This document shows positions 40,258-46,852 of a stretch of 46,852 bases of DNA, one piece after another; the first letter of the stretch is position 1; every line of letters starts with the position of its first letter. This DNA is from Candidatus Aenigmatarchaeota archaeon. GTDB taxonomy: Archaea > Aenigmatarchaeota > Aenigmatarchaeia > QMZP01. The translations under genes and the position numbers were made by a program. The notes under the pieces were generated by a model that did no database searches, had not been told where the DNA came from, and worked only from the letters and a program-made list of their open reading frames with translations. The DNA is taken from contig JAPLVB010000006.1 of NCBI GenBank assembly GCA_026397335.1, positions 1-46,852 on the forward strand. Reading direction: 5' to 3'.

Positions 40258-41181
40258 ATGACCAATAAGTCAAAAGGTGAAATATTGAAAATATCGGTTA
40301 TTATACCCACACTGAACGAGGAGTCCACGATTGCTAGGGTAATAAGGGACTTCAAGAAAAACAGGAAGGTCTCTGAAATAATTGTTTATGACGGGAACTC
40401 ATCAGACAAAACAAGGGAACTTGCAAGGAAAGCTGGCGCAAAGGTATACGTTCAGGATGGAAAGGGAAAGGGGCTCGCCATAAGGGAGATATTCGAAAGG
40501 ATAGACACAGACATCTATGTTCTTGTTGACGGGGATGACACATATCCGGCTGAAAGGCTGGACGACCTTCTGAAACCGGTTTTGGAAAAGAAAGCGGATA
40601 TGGTAATAGGTACTAGGATAAACAAAATGAGCGAGAAGGGCTCCTTGACAAGGCTCCACAGGTTCGGGAACAGGACAATATCCAAGACCATTGGGTTTTG
40701 CTTCGGGAACAAACTGAATGATGTGCTTTCAGGCTATAGGGTTATAAACAGGAAGCTGGTAAAGAACATTGCCCTTACCTCAAGCGGATTCGAAATCGAG
40801 ACGGAGCTTACGATAAAGAGCCTCATAGGAAACTACAGGCTTAAGGAAATGCCAATCAAATACAGGAAACGCCGAGGAGAAAGTAAAAGCAAGCTGAGCT
40901 CCTTTGGGGACGGGTATCTCATCTTTTACACCATCTTTTCCATGTTCAAGGATTACAGGCCGCTTCTCTTCTTTTCCATATTGTCAATGGTGTTTGGTTT
41001 GATGGGCATCTTTTGGGGTTACGTTGTCCTGGATGAATGGTTCAGGACAGGCCTTATAACAAAGATTCCGACAGTAGTATTGTCCGCCTTGATGGTTTTT
41101 TTGAGCGTTCAATTGTTCACGATAGGAATAATACTCGATGCCATAAACAAAGGATATAGAAGGGTCAAAAACGTATTGTAA
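40258..41181 (+). CDS. GT2 glycosyltransferase (DPM1/AglJ-like) with two C-terminal TMs
   Basis: VIIPTLNEE, DGNSSD, VDGDDTY, GFEIETE. Confidence 0.9.
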   Translation: MTNKSKGEILKISVIIPTLNEESTIARVIRDFKKNRKVSEIIVYDGNSSDKTRELARKAGAKVYVQDGKGKGLAIREIFERIDTDIYVLVDGDDTYPAERLDDLLKPVLEKKADMVIGTRINKMSEKGSLTRLHRFGNRTISKTIGFCFGNKLNDVLSGYRVINRKLVKNIALTSSGFEIETELTIKSLIGNYRLKEMPIKYRKRRGESKSKLSSFGDGYLIFYTIFSMFKDYRPLLFFSILSMVFGLMGIFWGYVVLDEWFRTGLITKIPTVVLSALMVFLSVQLFTIGIILDAINKGYRRVKNVL

Positions 41182-41306
41182 TTTAATCTGGAGCAACCAA
41201 ATAAACTGCATAACGGTGCTTCAGAGCTGTGAGTCGACCTTAGAAAGAAGTTGCGAAACAACTTCAATCCATCGTATGCTTTTATTTAGTTGACTCACAT
41301 TAAAAA

Positions 41307-42527
41307 TCATTCTGACCGTAAACGCTGCGTATACATTATTGCCTTAAACCCGCGAAGCATAATCTTGATCTGCTCCACATTCCGTATCTTCAGAATTTGC
41401 TTTATAACATATTTTGGCCTGAAGTAGAATTCATTATGCGCCTTCTTATACATCTCCTCAACCTCTTCCGGCGTTGCTGTACCTGGATACGTATATAACA
41501 TTTTGCCAATGAAGAAACATGTCACATGTATGCCTTGTTTCTTTGTTAATCTGACTGCTTTTCTTACCATGTCGAGAGTTATCCCTTTTGGAATGCTGTT
41601 CAAAATGCCTTGATTGCCGCTTTCCACTCCGTAAGCTATGTATTCGCAACCGGCTTTCTTCATTTTTTTCAGAAGAGATTCAGTTATTTTGTCTACTCTT
41701 ATGCCGTTGGAGAATCTTATGTGAACTTTGATTCCCCTTTCCGAAATGAGATCAAGTATCCTTTCTGCGCGCTTTAGGTCAAAGTTAAAGCAGTCGTCAT
41801 AAACGTCTATTTCCTTTACATGATATTTTGCCACCAATTCTTCTATTTCTGCAACAACGTTTCCCGGGCTTCTTGGCCTGAACCCATGACCGAATATTGA
41901 TTTGTTGCAGTAATAGCAGTTGAATGGGCATCCCCTGCTTGTAAATATTGGAGACCATGGACGGTATTTTGTTGCTGTTGAGACATAGGGCAGATCGACG
42001 CCGTTATTTTTAAGCATGTGCCTTGCAGGAAAAGGAATTTTATCAGGATTGCAGAGTTCCCTCGGTTGATTCCTGTACATCTTGTTTCCCTTCCTGTAAG
42101 CAATTCCTTTTATGTCTCCGAACGGCTTGCCTTTCGCAATTTCCAGCATTGTGTATTCGCCCTCTCCCAAGATAACGGCATCATATCCGGCCTTTAGGAA
42201 TACTTCAGGGTATCCTGTGGCATGCGGACCTCCAGCAACCTTTATTGCTTTTTTGGGAAGATTTTTCAGGAGTTCGATTGCGTATCCATGGGCGGGGGTC
42301 ATCAAGCTTATTCCCACAATATCAAATTCTTCTCCGATAATTCCGGCAACCTCTTTTGGACTTAAATTATCGGCATTTGCATCTATTATCTCAACACCCA
42401 GCCCCTCCTTTTCCAGCACCGCAGCTATATAAGCCAGGCCTATTGGCGGGTTGACCATCCAGGCTCCGGTGTCCCTTGCACGCCTATAATTTGGCTGGAC
42501 TAAAGCTGTTCTGTGCATTAACATCAC
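41307..42527 (-). CDS. B12-binding radical SAM protein (apparent internal deletion near 41507)
   Basis: PPIGLAYIAA, GGPHAT, TSRGCPFNCYYC, GVESGN; the GLPGET...PYPGT segment is missing. Confidence 0.88.
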   Translation of the reverse strand: MMLMHRTALVQPNYRRARDTGAWMVNPPIGLAYIAAVLEKEGLGVEIIDANADNLSPKEVAGIIGEEFDIVGISLMTPAHGYAIELLKNLPKKAIKVAGGPHATGYPEVFLKAGYDAVILGEGEYTMLEIAKGKPFGDIKGIAYRKGNKMYRNQPRELCNPDKIPFPARHMLKNNGVDLPYVSTATKYRPWSPIFTSRGCPFNCYYCNKSIFGHGFRPRSPGNVVAEIEELVAKYHVKEIDVYDDCFNFDLKRAERILDLISERGIKVHIRFSNGIRVDKITESLLKKMKKAGCEYIAYGVESGNQGILNSIPKGITLDMVRKAVRLTKKQGIHVTCFFIGKMLYTYPGTATPEEVEEMYKKAHNEFYFRPKYVIKQILKIRNVEQIKIMLRGFKAIMYTQRLRSE

Positions 42528-43909
42528 TTGCTGAAAATGTAAGGGATTACGTATCTTGCGGTTCTAGCCAGCCTGGGCCATTCTCTCGGCCTGACGAGCA
42601 TCCTCATGATATAATTGGAGCTCATGTTCGTCTGCTTCAACGCCCACTTGTTCCATCTAACTATATCCTCATGGGACATGCCGGGATAATCTGCATAACC
42701 GTCCTTGAGCCAGCCGTTCTTCTCCAGAAGGCTGTAGAAAGGCGTTCCCGGATAGGGCTTGGGTACAGTGAACTGGTATGAATGGACCTTGAGCTTCCTT
42801 GCCCAAGAGACTGTATTCTTTATCGTCTCTTCCGTTTCTCCAGGCAGCCCTACTATAAAATCCGCATGTATCATCAGGTTCAATTCGTTTGCTGCTTTTG
42901 TGAAATCTTCCATGGTTTTTACAGTTGTTCCTTTGACTATGCTTTTGAGAATCCCGGGGTCCGATGACTCATAGCCCACATGCATTATCCTGCACCCGGC
43001 TTTTTTCATCATACTCAGGGTGCCATAATCCATCGAGGCGTCCGCCCTTGCATAGCAGGACCATGTCACTTTTAACCCGCTTTTTAGTATCGCCTCCGAA
43101 AGCTCTTTTGCTCTCCATGCGGGGAGGGTGTCATCCTGTATGAAAATCTCCCTTACCCAAGGCAACTCCTTTCTGATGAATTTTATTTCATCTATCACGT
43201 TTTCTATGGAACGCGTTCTGTACTGGGAATTCTTGCATATTGTAAAGGGCCATAGGCAAAATGTGCATTTCCCCCACGCACAGCCCCTGCCCGTGAATAT
43301 GTCAATAAACGGATGCAAATGGGCTGCCTGGTGATATTTTCTCAAGTCTATGTGCCTTCTGTAAACGTCCGATACAAAGGGGAACTCATCCAGCCTGTCC
43401 TTTGGCACGCTAGTATCCCCTCCGTTGTGCCTTATTTTTCCTGAATCATCTTTCCATACGAGACCGTGAATCTTTTCCGCCGGTTTTCCATCTGCCAGGT
43501 CAAGCACGGGAAAATCAAACTCCCCGTCAACAAGCATGCTCACTTTCCCTGATTTCTTCAGTATGGACTCGGGCTCTATGGAACACCACGGCCCAACAAG
43601 AACTACCTCACTGCCCGCCTCCTTTATCATGTTCGCTACTTCCAGGTCGTTCTCCATGCTTGTCGTGGTTACGTAAACAGCCGTTAATTCCGGTTTGAAC
43701 TCCTTTATGGTTTGGAATGTCCTTTCCTTGCTCAGCTTCTCGATGCCTGCGTCAAGGAGTCTGACATCATGGCCATGCTTCTCCAGCCAGCCGGTGGCAT
43801 AGGCCAGCCATATTGGAAGCCACTCGCTTCCCGCTATGCTGAAAGCTTCCCATCTCGCGTTTCTCATGAAGCCCCGCAGATATGGAGGATTGAGCATTAG
43901 CACTCTCAT
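42524..43909 (-). CDS. B12-binding radical SAM protein (HpnJ-like)
   Basis: PIWLAYA, GRGCAWGKCTFC, GYESSD, GLPGET, PYPGT. Confidence 0.9.
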   Translation of the reverse strand: MRVLMLNPPYLRGFMRNARWEAFSIAGSEWLPIWLAYATGWLEKHGHDVRLLDAGIEKLSKERTFQTIKEFKPELTAVYVTTTSMENDLEVANMIKEAGSEVVLVGPWCSIEPESILKKSGKVSMLVDGEFDFPVLDLADGKPAEKIHGLVWKDDSGKIRHNGGDTSVPKDRLDEFPFVSDVYRRHIDLRKYHQAAHLHPFIDIFTGRGCAWGKCTFCLWPFTICKNSQYRTRSIENVIDEIKFIRKELPWVREIFIQDDTLPAWRAKELSEAILKSGLKVTWSCYARADASMDYGTLSMMKKAGCRIMHVGYESSDPGILKSIVKGTTVKTMEDFTKAANELNLMIHADFIVGLPGETEETIKNTVSWARKLKVHSYQFTVPKPYPGTPFYSLLEKNGWLKDGYADYPGMSHEDIVRWNKWALKQTNMSSNYIMRMLVRPREWPRLARTARYVIPYIFSK

Positions 43910-43947
43910 AAATTCACCATAATAAAATGTAAATGCTACTTAAACAT

Positions 43948-45048
43948 TTATTTTGTCTTCTTGTACCTGCTTGTGTTTTTTGCGAACGGGTAGGAGAGAA
44001 TGGCGTAAAGAAGTATGAGGTTTATTATGAACAGTATTTTTATTTTCGAAAATATTCCGGATTTTCCGCCCCCATTAACAGGGTTCATAAGGATTGTTAT
44101 TAAAGAAATCGTGACCAGAAACACCACCAGAAAAGGATTGTAAAAAAGGTAAAGGAGGGAGAGCAAGACAAAGATGGGTAAAAGAAGCGGGATAAAAATC
44201 GTCTGGAGAACCTTGGTCGGGTATATAATTCTCCAGAACCGGTTTTTTCCGGTATATGGAAGGAACCTTAAGGTTTCCCTTATGTTTGCGCTGGCCTTCC
44301 TAGACTTGTGCTTTACCATTTCCGAGAAGGTGGAAGGGTTGCGCCTTTCCAAAGCAGTTGCCTTGTCTGTGTATATGACCTTGTAATTTTTGGAGAGGAC
44401 CTTGAACGTGGAGAACAGGTCATCCGCTATAACGTCTTCCTCGAATTTTGGAATGAGCTTCCTTCTGAAGGCGTAGGAAGCTGCAATCATGGTGGAGGAA
44501 GAAAAGAACCTGCTTTCCAGGAGCCGGAGGCGGTTGTTGGTTTCCCAGAAATCCATTTCCTCCCTGGTGGATTTTGTGGGTTTTGTGTACGCGCCCACCG
44601 CGCCTGTTTCCGGATCATTGAGTATTTTGTTGAATTCCTTCAGGGTGTTGCTGCTTATGATGGAATCCGCATCTGTTATCATCACATAATCCGTCTTCAG
44701 CTTCGGGAGGACGGAATTTATGTCGTTTATCTTTCCCCCTCGCCTAGACACAAAAAGCCTCACTCCTTTGCTGTGCCTTATCTCCTCTATTGTCCCGTCT
44801 TTGGATCCCCCGTCCACAAAAATTATCCGGAACTTGGCTTTCGGGTATTCCAGCTTTCTGAGGTTCTCTATCTTGGCCTTGACTTGGCCTTTCTCATTGA
44901 AAGTGGGAACCAGTATGGAAAAGGTTCCTGTCCTGTTTGAGCTGGCCTTGAGTGGCATCTCCGGCTTTCTTGCCAGGAATATGGGGTAGCCCAGATAGCA
45001 CCACCATATTACCAGGAAGCCAATGATATAGAAGGGCAGAAGAATCAT
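43948..45048 (-). CDS. GT2 glycosyltransferase with N- and C-terminal TMs (CESA-like)
   Basis: LVPTFNE, DGGSKDGT, TDAD and ADD motifs. Confidence 0.88.
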   Translation of the reverse strand: MILLPFYIIGFLVIWWCYLGYPIFLARKPEMPLKASSNRTGTFSILVPTFNEKGQVKAKIENLRKLEYPKAKFRIIFVDGGSKDGTIEEIRHSKGVRLFVSRRGGKINDINSVLPKLKTDYVMITDADSIISSNTLKEFNKILNDPETGAVGAYTKPTKSTREEMDFWETNNRLRLLESRFFSSSTMIAASYAFRRKLIPKFEEDVIADDLFSTFKVLSKNYKVIYTDKATALERRNPSTFSEMVKHKSRKASANIRETLRFLPYTGKNRFWRIIYPTKVLQTIFIPLLLPIFVLLSLLYLFYNPFLVVFLVTISLITILMNPVNGGGKSGIFSKIKILFIINLILLYAILSYPFAKNTSRYKKTK

Positions 45049-45128
45049 ATTCAAGCTTTGAAAGCGCAATTAATAAATTTGTAACCCGCAACCAGCCTAT
45101 TTATACCTATATGCGGATAATTTGAATT

Positions 45129-46058
45129 ATGCTGAGAGATAGGAAAATCCTCATAACAGGAGGCGCAGGGTTCATAGGTTCTCATCTTGTTAACAGGCTG
45201 GAAGACAGTAACAGACTGATAATACTTGACAATCTGAGGACAGGGAAAATTGGAAGTATAGAGCATCTTGGAAGGGCCATAGAATTTCATAAGATAGACC
45301 TGCTTAAGGATGATATATCGGAATTTTTCAGGGGAGTGAAATATGTATTCCATCTTGCTGCAGACGCTGACGTCAAAACAGACCTAAGCAGTTTTAATAA
45401 CAGCTTTGACCAGAACTTCACGGTCACAAGAAAGGTCGCTGAGGAATCAAGAAAGGCTGGAGTAAAAAACTTCTGCTTCGCATCGAGCTCGGCTGTTTAT
45501 GGAGAGGCTAAGGCTATACCCACTCCCGAAAGCTACGGCCCCCTGAAACCTATATCCATTTACGGGGCATCCAAGCTTGCATGCGAGGCTTTGCTGTCAG
45601 GCTACTCGCACTACTTTGGCATCAATTGCCTTGTCTTAAGGCTGGCCAATGTAATAGGTAATGGATGCCACGGCATTGTGCCGGATTTTGTGGCCAAGCT
45701 CAGGAAAAACAGCTCCGAACTGGAAATCCTGGGTGATGGAAAACAGAAGAAATCGTACATCTATATAGAAGACTGCATTGATGCAATGCTTTTCCTCATG
45801 GAAAAATATTCAAAGCCTTTTGACATCTTCAACCTCGGATCAGAGGATGACATAATCGTTAAAAGAATAGCTGAAATTGTTTCACAGGAAATGGGAGTGA
45901 AACCGCGGTTCCGTTATACTGGTGGTCCAAGAGGGTGGAAAGGCGATGTTCCCCTGATGAGGCTGGACATAACCAAGATGAAGAAGCTCACGTGGAAGCC
46001 TAGGCACAGTTCGGAAGAGGCTGTGAGGAGAACAGTAAAGGATATTCTGAAACCCTAA
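45129..46058 (+). CDS. UDP-glucose 4-epimerase-like SDR
   Basis: TGGAGFIG, SSSAVYG, YGASK, GDGKQKKSY. Confidence 0.92.
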   Translation: MLRDRKILITGGAGFIGSHLVNRLEDSNRLIILDNLRTGKIGSIEHLGRAIEFHKIDLLKDDISEFFRGVKYVFHLAADADVKTDLSSFNNSFDQNFTVTRKVAEESRKAGVKNFCFASSSAVYGEAKAIPTPESYGPLKPISIYGASKLACEALLSGYSHYFGINCLVLRLANVIGNGCHGIVPDFVAKLRKNSSELEILGDGKQKKSYIYIEDCIDAMLFLMEKYSKPFDIFNLGSEDDIIVKRIAEIVSQEMGVKPRFRYTGGPRGWKGDVPLMRLDITKMKKLTWKPRHSSEEAVRRTVKDILKP

Positions 46059-46712
46059 TCCCTGCCGAAGTTCATGTGATACCAGAACTTTATAAGGGCC
46101 TTTCCCATCCTGTAGCTATCCCTGTAGACTGAGACCTTTGACCTTCCGCTCCTCTTCTCCTGCCATCTTATGGGCAGCTCGAATATTGAGCAACCTTCCC
46201 GCTTTGCCCTGACTATCAGCTCCGTGTCCCACAGGAAGCCGGAAGATATGCGTGAAAACGCCTCCTTTACAGCTTCCCTCCTGAAGGCCTTCACCCCGCA
46301 TTGGTGGTCCCTTATACCTGTGCGGAAGAGCAGCCTCACAAAAGAATTGTAGGATATGCTGAACATTTTTCGCGCAAAGGATCTTTCAGCAGAAATGCCC
46401 TTTGACCTGCTGCCAATCACCATGTTATATCTGCCCAGCAGTCCCAGCATTTTCGGGATGTCTTCCATCTCCATGGGGAAATCAGCGTCTGTGAAGAACA
46501 CCCTTTCCCCGGAAGAGGCAAAAAACGCATTCCTTACGGCCTTTCCCTTTCCCAGCCTGATGCCGGAGTGTAGATGCGTTATAATCTCCCTGCCAGCAAG
46601 TTCCTTAAGTATCCTGTCCGTGCCGTCCGTGCTCCCGTCCTCAGAGACCACTATCTCGTAAGAGCTGCAGTTTTCCTTCAGAAAGGCGTCAAGATGCTCT
46701 ATGTTCTGCCTT
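46055..46712 (-). CDS. GT2 dolichyl-phosphate glycosyltransferase-like, N-terminus missing
   Basis: EIVVSEDGSTDGT, GKGKAV, TDAD, DHQCGVKAF. GT-like sequence starts abruptly at RQNIEHL without the IPxYNE strand. Confidence 0.8.
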
Positions 46713-46851
46713 GACCTAGAGTCAGCTGGTTTTGCCGGTCTACATCGTCCACTATTGTCTGCTTCTCAACATCGCCGACGCTCATGAATCCGCCGCCAAT
46801 CGCCCACAAATGACCGCGCGTATACCTGAGCCTGAGGTTCGGGATTATCCT
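46699..46851 (-). mobile_element. tnpA: IS200/IS605-family TnpA (Y1 HUH transposase) C-terminal fragment, degenerate
   Basis: Manual translation gives PNLRLRYTRGHLWAIGGGFMSVGDVEKQTIVDDVDRQ, matching the TnpA pattern LR..Y..GHLW....F..SVG......Y...Q with the catalytic Tyr position read as Asp. Confidence 0.65.
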
Positions 46852-46852
46852 G

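Larger units (their letters stand above)
9884..41269. repeat. Dispersed GAAG-stem-loop-CTTC(NNTC) palindrome family (about 20 copies; the span gives the range only)
   Basis: Copies at 9888-9942/9906-9924, 21607-624, 24209-229, 25773-793, 25811-869/25830-851, 27373-426/27391-407, the 29283-29560 array, 30096-117, 34786-842/34804-822, 37260-281, 37424-449 and 41247-265; degenerate copies at 36112 and 39213. Confidence 0.8.

Noticed and set aside
9884-41269. Palindromes as canonical bulge-helix-bulge introns or integron attC sites
   Set aside because: Manual pairing gives 2-, 4- or 5-nt bulges rather than strict 3-4-3 motifs, the RYYYAAC...GTTRRRY order is absent, and no integrase is present. 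A relaxed BHB remains only a hypothesis.
106-46661. Numerous antisense or alternate-frame ORFs in the track (e.g. 177-485 +, 15094-15786 -, 28081-28704 +, 32134-32763 +, 34045-34779 +, 29391-29778 +)
   Set aside because: They are shadows of well-supported genes or of the structured repeat region, with no motifs or RBS.

Overview
Archaeal chromosomal DNA. The gene content (TFB, thermosome, Rpo4-DUF655-eL21-Pus10, BRE/TATA promoters, many class III signal-peptide proteins) suggests a DPANN-type, possibly Aenigmarchaeota-like organism; this is an inference. The left 20 kb is a cell-surface region. It holds a giant (~2000 aa) secreted gene broken into three frames, a co-oriented run of seven pilin-like/membrane-anchored genes ending in a 1393-aa Cys-repeat protein with a hydrophobic helical hairpin, and further anchored surface proteins. 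The middle holds housekeeping genes (split Hef nuclease/helicase, pyrG, porA/porD, tfb, thermosome, rpo4, rpl21e, pus10). The right end is a glycosylation locus with two B12-radical SAM genes and an IS200 TnpA fragment. The most unusual signal is a family of about 20 covarying GAAG-stem-loop-CTTC(NNTC) palindromes. They are dispersed at gene boundaries, sometimes nested, once in-frame inside a prepilin leader, and concentrated as a promoter-preceded array ending in an orphan tRNA 3' half. Several apparent deletions and G>T-type stops may be real decay or sequencing/assembly artefacts.
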